Positions 9,256-16,831 of a DNA stretch of 64,000 bases are shown piece after piece. The first letter of the stretch is position 1; each line of letters starts with the position of its first letter. The notes beneath the pieces were generated by a model. That model was given only the letters and a program-made list of their open reading frames with translations. It searched no databases and was not told where the DNA came from. The stretch is from Candidatus Shapirobacteria bacterium (GTDB taxonomy: Bacteria > Patescibacteriota > Microgenomatia > UBA12405), in contig JAQVSI010000002.1 in the NCBI GenBank assembly GCA_028700625.1, forward strand, positions 3,276 through 67,275. The letters are read 5' to 3'. Position numbers and translations under genes: made by a program.

Positions 9256-9861
9256 TTACTTAATTACATTAATTTCTAACTGATTACTAGCAAAAGGCAA
9301 AGCCTTAGCTGAAGTATTCTCTACAAATAGAGTAACAAATTTCTTATCTTCATTACCAGTAGCAACTTCAAACTTATATAAGCCAACTGTTTTTGCTTTA
9401 ACATCAAAACTAACTAAATTTACTAAATCATCAACATTAAAAGTAATTCCTTGTTTAGTCTCGATTAAATATTTAACCACAATCATTCCATCTTCTTTCA
9501 CTACCTTACCAATAATAGGTTTTTCTAATTTATCATCAAAAATCAATCCGCTAATCTCTAAATTCTTAGAATCATATTTGATTGCAATGTCTATTGCGTC
9601 TAAACTTTTCTTTTCTTTAACTAAAGCTTGTAATTTAATTTGATAATTTTTGCCAATTTTCATTTCTTTAGCATCTGTAACAAAAGACAAATCGAAATAA
9701 TTTTCATTTTTAACCTCTTGAATAATTTCATTTTTTTCAGCAATTACATCTGATGTAACAGTTTTCTTTTCTAGATTAGAAACCAGCATTATGCTTTCAA
9801 AAATAACTACTACAGCTATAACCGGTATTAAAGTTTTTAACATTTTGTTATTTGTTTCCAT
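9256..9861 (-). CDS. membrane-anchored cohesin-like protein
   Basis: N-terminal TM anchor, then IDIAIKYDSKNLEI and VSFDVKAK stretches that resemble cohesin strands. Confidence 0.4.
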   Translation of the reverse strand: METNNKMLKTLIPVIAVVVIFESIMLVSNLEKKTVTSDVIAEKNEIIQEVKNENYFDLSFVTDAKEMKIGKNYQIKLQALVKEKKSLDAIDIAIKYDSKNLEISGLIFDDKLEKPIIGKVVKEDGMIVVKYLIETKQGITFNVDDLVNLVSFDVKAKTVGLYKFEVATGNEDKKFVTLFVENTSAKALPFASNQLEINVIK

Positions 9862-9876
9862 TTTTTTAAATAATTT

Positions 9877-12015
9877 CTAATTAAGACTTTTTGCAGAAAA
9901 TTGTTTTTCTAAAGAATTCTTATAAATTTGTAAATCTAGTCCGTTAACATAACAATCTCCATTTAAGTCAGATTTCAAAACTCCATTAGTAGCAACTTCT
10001 TTATTCCATTCATTCTTCATTGCGGCAAAATCAAAACCATCTATAGAACCATTTCCATCAATGTCTCCATTCAAAATTGACCAATTATATAAAGTTAATG
10101 TTTTGTCAACCAAATCAGATACTTTTATTAAACTAGTATCCCCAGAAACAAATCCACCAGTTTGTTCATTACGACCATAAAGAGTTGTTAATAATTTAAG
10201 GTGGCTATCTTTAATATTGGTTACATATATATAAATTTTATCTGTTAATAAGTAAGTATTATCAAGTTCAAAATCTTTAATTTCATAAACTTGATAACCA
10301 TCATTGACTACTTTAACCGTTGAAAATTTATCATCAACTTTAGTTGCTATCATTTCCCTTGTAATCCCCGCATCTCCAGCCTTGGAAACGTTTACTTTTA
10401 ATTTCATTTGTTGATCTAAACACTTATCGTTAGCACCAGCAAAAACACCAAGCATTGAAACTTGCATTGTTAATTTTGGTGCAGTATAACCAGGATCACA
10501 ATCAACTGTTTCAGTCGCTGGATGAGTTACACCACCTGTACAAGTTCCAGTTTTAGTCCAAGTTTTAGTCTGTTTACCAGTACTAGGACAAGTTGTTGGA
10601 GATAAAGCTGAAGTCCAATTAGCTGTAGTACAAGCAATATCACATCCAGTAACGGCACCACAAAGAGCTTCACTGGAGAAAGTGGTAGTTCCATTGGCTG
10701 CGGTTGAACTTGCACTGTTTTTAGTACATACCCAATTTCCAGTTGAAGTATTACAAGAACCTTTTGTAAAGATAGTATAAGTTGTTTGATTACATCCAGT
10801 GTAATCTTCACATTTTTCTTTATCAGAAAAAGTGGTACTTCCATTAGGCGCTGTTGTACTTGTACTACTAGTACATGAATATTTACCTGTCGAAGTATTA
10901 CAAGAACCTTTTGTGTATATGGTATAAGTTGGAATTGAATTTGGTACACAACAACGATAAGTTGTATCTGTTGGTTTACTCATACATAAACCTTTTTCAA
11001 TTTTTCCAGTTCCCCCATTACAAGAACCACCAACAGTTGATGTTTCCCAAACTTTACATACGCCATCTTTATCAGTACATGGTTTATCTAAAACTGTTGC
11101 CGGAGCACAACATTTAACATCACTACCACTACTCATACAATAATTAGTTAAATAAGTTTTACCATTAGTACAAGCAGTAGTTGTTTTTTGACAAACACCA
11201 CCCGCGTTTACACATTTAGAATCTTGAACAATCACAGTACTGCCACTAGCTACACAAGCACCATTAGAACAAGTTTTCCCGGATGCATAACAAGCTTCTT
11301 TAGAATGCCATCCAAAATTAGTTCCACCCGTAGAGATATTAGGATAGCTACCACATACATATAAAACTGTTTTTGATTGACTAGTAGTATTACCACACTT
11401 AACATCACCACTATTACCAACAACACTCACTGTTTCAGAATCAGCAGCGCAAGTTGAAGGAGTTGAAGTTGAATTTGAATTTGAAGAAGTTGAGGTTGAG
11501 CAAACACCATTCAATAGAAGATTGTCGCAAGTACATTTATAATCCAAAAAAAGAGGATTATTGTCTTTTTTTAGCTTACAACTATAGCCGACATCGCAAC
11601 CAACATTTTTATAACCATTACAATTTGAATCCGAAGAAACACATTGATTTCCAATACAATTACCAGAAGCACACATCTTATCCATAATACAAAGAGCTTT
11701 TATTGTTCTTGGTGTACCAACAAACTCAGGAAAATCTGAATAAGGAACATTCTTCCAGTCACTTTCAGAATACTCACCAGACTTAATTAGGTCATCCCTA
11801 CCAAGACTTGAGAATGTTACTGTTGAATTAGGAACACCCAAAAGTGGAAATGCTTTACTCCTATTTTCTTGACTCTTTTTAACCAAATTAGTGGTTAAGG
11901 GCAAAGCTACTGCTAAAACCAACATAACAACCATAACTACAATTTGGGAAATACCTTTTTGTTTGTTCATTTTATATAAAAATCTTATAGAAAAGTAAAA
12001 CACTTTTGAAAACAA
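9877..12015 (-). CDS. large Cys-rich repeat surface protein with a C-terminal dockerin
   Basis: 712 aa with a signal/TM start and tandem ~45-aa repeats (YTI[YF]TKGSCNTSTG...). The C-terminus has two DxDxNGxIDxxD and DLNGDCYVNGLD calcium-loop repeats. Confidence 0.5.
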   Translation of the reverse strand: MFSKVFYFSIRFLYKMNKQKGISQIVVMVVMLVLAVALPLTTNLVKKSQENRSKAFPLLGVPNSTVTFSSLGRDDLIKSGEYSESDWKNVPYSDFPEFVGTPRTIKALCIMDKMCASGNCIGNQCVSSDSNCNGYKNVGCDVGYSCKLKKDNNPLFLDYKCTCDNLLLNGVCSTSTSSNSNSTSTPSTCAADSETVSVVGNSGDVKCGNTTSQSKTVLYVCGSYPNISTGGTNFGWHSKEACYASGKTCSNGACVASGSTVIVQDSKCVNAGGVCQKTTTACTNGKTYLTNYCMSSGSDVKCCAPATVLDKPCTDKDGVCKVWETSTVGGSCNGGTGKIEKGLCMSKPTDTTYRCCVPNSIPTYTIYTKGSCNTSTGKYSCTSSTSTTAPNGSTTFSDKEKCEDYTGCNQTTYTIFTKGSCNTSTGNWVCTKNSASSTAANGTTTFSSEALCGAVTGCDIACTTANWTSALSPTTCPSTGKQTKTWTKTGTCTGGVTHPATETVDCDPGYTAPKLTMQVSMLGVFAGANDKCLDQQMKLKVNVSKAGDAGITREMIATKVDDKFSTVKVVNDGYQVYEIKDFELDNTYLLTDKIYIYVTNIKDSHLKLLTTLYGRNEQTGGFVSGDTSLIKVSDLVDKTLTLYNWSILNGDIDGNGSIDGFDFAAMKNEWNKEVATNGVLKSDLNGDCYVNGLDLQIYKNSLEKQFSAKSLN

Positions 12016-12060
12016 ATATCAACGTGTCACTTTTATATTAATCTGAAAATAAGCTGATTC

Positions 12061-12690
12061 TTACTTAGTTAGCCTGCAACAAACTGGAGTTTTTCCAGAA
12101 CAAGTAGTTCCATTAATCACTGATCCACCCTTACCTATAGTACAAGTTCTCACATTACCAACACAAACACCACCTTTAGCAATACAACTTGGTTTTGGGG
12201 TTGGTGTTGCCTTGGCTAATTTACAACACTTAATATCATTAGCTCCATAAGTTCCTAAACATAACTTTGAATTCGATCCAATTACAGTTCCTCTAGAACC
12301 ATCAAAACTACAAGTCGAGCCATCTTTTACAGTAGTATAGTTACCCACTCGAGTACAAACCCCACCTGCATTTACACAACCCTCAGCCCCTGGTAATTTA
12401 CCAGTATCAGGCAAACAACAATAATAAGAAGTATTTTTACATAATCCTTTTACGGCCATTCCATTATATCCAGTGGATGTACTACAACTACCAGTTTGAT
12501 TATACGCATTACAAGTACCATATAATAATTTCCCCGTTAAATCCTTACTACTACAAGCCGCCACTCCTGCCGCACTACTTCTAGTATCCTGTCTATTTTG
12601 AATCACAGTTAAAAGAGCCAATCCAGCAATTGAAATAATTAACAAAATTAACAAAAGTTTTAGATTGCTTTTCTTTTTTATTTGTTTCAT
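12061..12690 (-). CDS. Cys-rich secreted protein, paralogous to modules of the 9877-12015 protein
   Basis: Signal peptide and a shared CVNAGGVC / YYCCLPDTGK motif. Confidence 0.4.
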   Translation of the reverse strand: MKQIKKKSNLKLLLILLIISIAGLALLTVIQNRQDTRSSAAGVAACSSKDLTGKLLYGTCNAYNQTGSCSTSTGYNGMAVKGLCKNTSYYCCLPDTGKLPGAEGCVNAGGVCTRVGNYTTVKDGSTCSFDGSRGTVIGSNSKLCLGTYGANDIKCCKLAKATPTPKPSCIAKGGVCVGNVRTCTIGKGGSVINGTTCSGKTPVCCRLTK

Positions 12691-12709
12691 TAATCAATGA
12701 TAACAGATT

Positions 12710-13780
12710 TTATTTTTTCAAAACTCGACCAATGTCTCCCACTGTAATCAACACAATCAAACTTAAAAGCAAAATCATTCCAATATTGTTTACTACCATT
12801 TCTAATTTTTGATTGGCTTTTTTCTTAAAAATCATTTCATAGAAAACAAAAATTATTCGACCTCCATCCAAAGCCGGAAAAGGTAAAACATTAACTATTG
12901 CCAAATTTACAGAAACTATTCCAAAAAAATGAACAACTGCTAAAAATCCTTGATTTTTATTAATTGCACTAGTTGCTTCAAACATTCCAATTGGACCACT
13001 AACATCTTTTGGAACATTCCCAGTAAATAATCCTCCAATCATTTTAAAAACACCATTTCCAATAATTTTTCCCCAAAAATAAGCTTCTTTAAAACCAGCC
13101 CCAATTCCTTCATAAAATCGATACCAAGGCACTTTAATCATCTCTGTGTTTGAAATAGCAATTCCAATTGCCCCTTCCCCTTCTGGTGGATTTGCTCTTA
13201 CTTCCACCTCTTTTTGTACGGGCGTATCGCCATACGCCCCTACAATCTCTAATTTGATATTTTCCCCTTTATATTTCCCAACCTCTGTTGTTAGTTCATC
13301 TGGTTTTTTAATTTCTTTATCTTGTACTTTCACGATAATGTCTTCTTCTTTCAATCCTGCTTTTTCAGCTGGTGAATTTTTTGCAATTCCAATAATCTTA
13401 ACTTTGTTTGTTTCGGTCGGCACTCCTAAAATTGTATAAACCACACTAAAAATTAAAATTGCCAAGACCAAATTCATGAACACTCCACCCAACACAATTA
13501 TTAACTTTTGCCATGGCTTTTTATGATTAAAAGAATTCCCTCCCTTACCATCACCATCTTCTCCATATAATTTACAAAATCCACCAATTGGTAACCAATT
13601 TATACTATATATAGTATCCCCAATTTTTTTACCAATTATTCTTGGAGGTAAACCCAAACCAAATTCTTCAACTCTGACTCCATTTTTTCTAGCTGCAAAA
13701 AAATGACCAAGTTCATGAACTAAAACTAAAATTGATAGCGCAACTATAAAAATTATCAAATCCATTCTTGATTTTAACAA
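12710..13780 (-). CDS. rseP: RIP metalloprotease RseP (M50 site-2 protease with PDZ)
   Basis: HELGHF zinc motif, a PDZ segment, and LDGG close to the C-terminus. The palindromic element at 13216-13243 lies in frame inside it. Confidence 0.8.
   Translation of the reverse strand: MLKSRMDLIIFIVALSILVLVHELGHFFAARKNGVRVEEFGLGLPPRIIGKKIGDTIYSINWLPIGGFCKLYGEDGDGKGGNSFNHKKPWQKLIIVLGGVFMNLVLAILIFSVVYTILGVPTETNKVKIIGIAKNSPAEKAGLKEEDIIVKVQDKEIKKPDELTTEVGKYKGENIKLEIVGAYGDTPVQKEVEVRANPPEGEGAIGIAISNTEMIKVPWYRFYEGIGAGFKEAYFWGKIIGNGVFKMIGGLFTGNVPKDVSGPIGMFEATSAINKNQGFLAVVHFFGIVSVNLAIVNVLPFPALDGGRIIFVFYEMIFKKKANQKLEMVVNNIGMILLLSLIVLITVGDIGRVLKK
13216..13243. repeat. palindromic element P3, inside rseP
   Basis: GTACGGGCGTATCGCCATACGCCCCTAC. 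It encodes GAYGDTPVQ in frame. Confidence 0.6.
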
Positions 13781-13794
13781 AACAAAACTTAAAA

Positions 13795-13872
13795 TTCGAA
13801 GTTATAATTTTTTGTGTCCTTGAACGTGCGACACACATTCACCAGACATAAAAAATTTGTAACGAGAATTTT
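13795..13872. repeat. intergenic ~80-95-nt repeat, family X, copy 1
   Basis: TTCGAAGTTATAATTTTTTGTG..GAACGTGCGACACACATTCACCAGACATAAAAAATTTGTAACGAGAATTTT. Confidence 0.55.
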
Positions 13873-13881
13873 AAGTTTTGT

Positions 13882-14433
13882 TTAACCACGAATTTCCAAT
13901 TCTTTTTTCTTAGCTGTTTCTTCTAATTTTCCAATATAAAGATCTGTAGTTTTTTGTAATTCAGTTTCATCTCTTTTAAATTCATCTTCAGAAACTGATT
14001 TATCTTGTTTAGCTTTTTGCAAATCATTTCTAAAATCTGCCCTAGCATCTCTAATCATTACTCTAGCTCCCTCTAGTTTTCTACCAAGAAGTTTTACATA
14101 ATCTTCTCTTTGTTCTACTGTCAACATTGGTAAACTCATTCTAATAATAGTTCCGTCAACAGAAGGTGTCATTCCTACATTTGCCACCACAATTCCATTG
14201 CTGATTTCTCTAATTAAAGCTTGATCCCATGGTTCAAAAGTTAGACTTCGAACATCAGGAACTCCAATTGAACCTAATTCAATCAATTTCATTTTTTGGC
14301 CACCATAAACCGTCACCACCACATTTTCAATCAATCCCGGAGTTGCTCTTCCTGTTCTAATAGAGGCAATATCGTTAGTAAACAGAGCTACTATTTTATC
14401 CATTCTGTTTTTTACATCTGCAAAATTTATCAT
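13882..14433 (-). CDS. frr: ribosome recycling factor
   Basis: 183 aa matching RRF throughout. Confidence 0.9.
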   Translation of the reverse strand: MINFADVKNRMDKIVALFTNDIASIRTGRATPGLIENVVVTVYGGQKMKLIELGSIGVPDVRSLTFEPWDQALIREISNGIVVANVGMTPSVDGTIIRMSLPMLTVEQREDYVKLLGRKLEGARVMIRDARADFRNDLQKAKQDKSVSEDEFKRDETELQKTTDLYIGKLEETAKKKELEIRG

Positions 14434-14450
14434 ATGTCAAATTATACCAA

Positions 14451-14510
14451 AAAAAAGCTCCCCTTCATCAAGGGGAGCTGGCGAGTAAAACGAGTCTGAG
14501 GAGTTTAAAT
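14451..14510. repeat. hairpin family, copy B
   Basis: Between tsf and frr. The hairpin GCTCCCCTTCATCAAGGGGAGC is followed by a T-run and then TATAAT on the minus strand. Confidence 0.5.
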
Positions 14511-14963
14511 CTCAAACCTAGAAAATCTATTAATCTTCATGTTTTCACCAAATTTAACAATCAAAGCTTTAACCATTTCTTCAATAGTTTTGCTTGGATC
14601 TTTAATAAATTCTTGTTTCATCAAATCTTCAACAGTTTCTGGATTCATAGCTGCCACTTGTAAACATATTTCTTTTGTTAAGTTAATGAAATCTTCGTGT
14701 TTAGCCACAAAATCAGTTTCACATAAAAGCTCAACCATAACTCCAATTTTACCTGTGGTATGAGTATAAGTAGCAACTCGTCCTTGGTGAGTTTCTCTTT
14801 CAGCTTTAGTTTCTGCTTTTTTAAAACCTTTTTCTTTCAAAATTTGTTTGGCTTTTGTTTCATCACCATCAGCTTCTTCCAAAGCAGATTTAATTTCCAT
14901 AATTCCAAGACCCATCTCAGCTCTTAATTTTTTAACTAATTCAATTATTTTTTTATTATCCAT
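14505..14963 (-). CDS. tsf: elongation factor Ts (short form)
   Basis: UBA-like N-terminus LGIMEIKSALEEADGDETKAKQILKEKG followed by the EF-Ts core. Confidence 0.75.
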   Translation of the reverse strand: MDNKKIIELVKKLRAEMGLGIMEIKSALEEADGDETKAKQILKEKGFKKAETKAERETHQGRVATYTHTTGKIGVMVELLCETDFVAKHEDFINLTKEICLQVAAMNPETVEDLMKQEFIKDPSKTIEEMVKALIVKFGENMKINRFSRFEI

Positions 14964-14985
14964 ATTTTTAATTTTAAAAATTAAT

Positions 14986-15036
14986 GTCCTCCCTTCTTCA
15001 AGGGAGGATGTCCGTAAAACGGACAGGTGGGTTTAA
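14986..15036. repeat. hairpin family, copy C
   Basis: Between rpsB and tsf: TCCTCCCTTCTTCAAGGGAGGA plus GTCCGTAAAACGGAC. Confidence 0.5.
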
Positions 15037-15037
15037 G

Positions 15038-15967
15038 TTATTTTACTCCTGCTGCTTTAATTGCTTTACCAATTTCTTCAACAATCAAAGTCACACTTTT
15101 AACACTGTCATCATTAGCAGGGATTGCTAAATCAATTTTAAAAGGATTTGCATCACTATCAACGATTCCAGTAATTTTTACATTTTTAATTTTTGCTTCT
15201 TTAATAGCTGTTTTTTCAAAACCAGCATCAACTACAAACAAAATATCAAAAAATTTATCGACATTAACTAAACCCCCAACAATCTTTTCTAATCTAATTA
15301 TTTCTTTATTCATTTGCGATAACTCTTTTTTAGTAGAGTCAACAAACTTTCCTTTTTCAATTCCTTCTTTAAAATCAGTTAATTTTTTAATATTCTTTTT
15401 AATTTGTTCCCAATTGGTAATAGTTCCTCCTAACCATCTATCGGTAACATAAGGAACTCCAGCTTCTATGGCCACTCTTCGGACAACTTCTCTAGCTTGT
15501 CTTTTAGTACCCACTAAAACTATTTGTTTACCATTTCTTTTAGCGTTATAAATGAAATTACAAGCTTTTTCTAAAGCTTCAAGAGTTTTAACCAAGTCAA
15601 AAACTTGAACTCCGTCTTTTTGAGTATAAATATTTTCTAATGATTTTGGATGAGTTTTAGAAATTTTGTGTCCTAAATGACTTCCAGCATTCAATAAATC
15701 CTTAAGTCCAACAGTTAAACTATATTTCTTGTCTTCTTTTACAGCTTCCTTTTTTTCTACTTCCACATCTTTTAAAGCTTCCGTAGCTTTAGCAAAGGAA
15801 GCTTTTTGAGCAGCAACTTTCTCGTTCATCTTTTTGATGTTTTCAGAAGTAATATTGCTTTGAGTTTTGCTTTTAACAACCAATGCTTTTTTAACCATAG
15901 ATTTTCCGCTACGATTGACGGTTTTTACGATCACTTTATTTTTTTCTGTCATTTTGTTTTTACCCAT
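15038..15967 (-). CDS. rpsB: 30S ribosomal protein S2 with a Lys-rich N-terminal extension
   Basis: S2 core begins at LLNAGSHLGH after about 85 Lys-rich residues. Confidence 0.85.
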   Translation of the reverse strand: MGKNKMTEKNKVIVKTVNRSGKSMVKKALVVKSKTQSNITSENIKKMNEKVAAQKASFAKATEALKDVEVEKKEAVKEDKKYSLTVGLKDLLNAGSHLGHKISKTHPKSLENIYTQKDGVQVFDLVKTLEALEKACNFIYNAKRNGKQIVLVGTKRQAREVVRRVAIEAGVPYVTDRWLGGTITNWEQIKKNIKKLTDFKEGIEKGKFVDSTKKELSQMNKEIIRLEKIVGGLVNVDKFFDILFVVDAGFEKTAIKEAKIKNVKITGIVDSDANPFKIDLAIPANDDSVKSVTLIVEEIGKAIKAAGVK

Positions 15968-16085
15968 CCGTAGCTTTTAGCGAAGGAGGGTCCTCCTTAC
16001 TTATATTTTTAACACCGGGTTTTTACCCCAGGATTCTTGTGTTAAAAATTTAAAAATTATTAACTTGGAAATTATATCATATATA

Positions 16086-16638
16086 AACAAAGTCAGAGAG
16101 CGGAAAGGAAACCCCGAAGGGAAAAGAGAAAGCACCTAAGTGCTTCTCTTTTTTTGGAAAAAATTAAACATTTTCGGCAAATACCATCGGATACCCATTG
16201 GCACCAACCACAGGAAACACAAAGAATTGAATCTTTCCGTAAAAACAAAACTAAAAAAACCAATCATAGTTAAATTTAATTCAACAAATTGAACCATAAA
16301 CCTAACCATTTTCTTGTTATTTTTCATCATTTCTTTAGTTAAAAGAACCATTTGGACAATATTTACCAAAAAAACAAAAAAAAACATAAATTTAACAGTA
16401 GATAGAATACCTAAAGGACGAGATACAATTAAAAAAAACAAAGAAGCCATAAATGCAAACAATTTGATTAAATCAATCAACAAGATATCACTCATTTTTC
16501 TTTTCATTTTGATTTCCTTTCTATTCCCAAGTATTTAGTTTGATAAAAACATTTTTTATCCACCATTCACAATCAAACACGTTAATTAATCTTAAAATTT
16601 TCCTCATATTCTTCCTCCTCATTCTCTCTGACTTTGTT
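16086..16638. mobile_element. MITE-like element bounded by perfect 15-bp terminal inverted repeats
   Basis: AACAAAGTCAGAGAG at 16086-16100 and its exact reverse complement CTCTCTGACTTTGTT at 16624-16638. The flanks are TA-rich and there is no transposase gene inside. Confidence 0.35.
16136..16507 (-). CDS. small hydrophobic protein (3 predicted TM) carried inside the inverted-repeat element
   Basis: 123-aa ORF lying entirely between the two inverted repeats. Confidence 0.3.
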   Translation of the reverse strand: MKRKMSDILLIDLIKLFAFMASLFFLIVSRPLGILSTVKFMFFFVFLVNIVQMVLLTKEMMKNNKKMVRFMVQFVELNLTMIGFFSFVFTERFNSLCFLWLVPMGIRWYLPKMFNFFQKKRST

Positions 16639-16831
16639 AAAGAACATGTACCCGTAGGCACTTCGGCTATATATAAAAGGTATAAATACCATTAAAAAAT
16701 AGTTAGACTAGTCACAGCGATATTGCCATGTTAGTGCTGACATCATACCACTTTTATGTACTTTTGTCAATATTATAAGATAAATTTTACCCTCTCCTTC
16801 ATTTTAGTTAAAATATTGTTAAAATAATCTT

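Noticed and set aside
10527-11117. Internal ORFs inside the 9877-12015 gene
   Set aside because: Alternative-frame products of the low-complexity Cys/Thr/Ser-rich repeat region, so they are spurious.
15038-15967. The ~85-aa Lys-rich N-terminal extension of S2, considered as a separate gene or an artifact
   Set aside because: No internal Met close to the S2 core, and basic extensions on ribosomal proteins are common in small genomes. Kept as part of rpsB.
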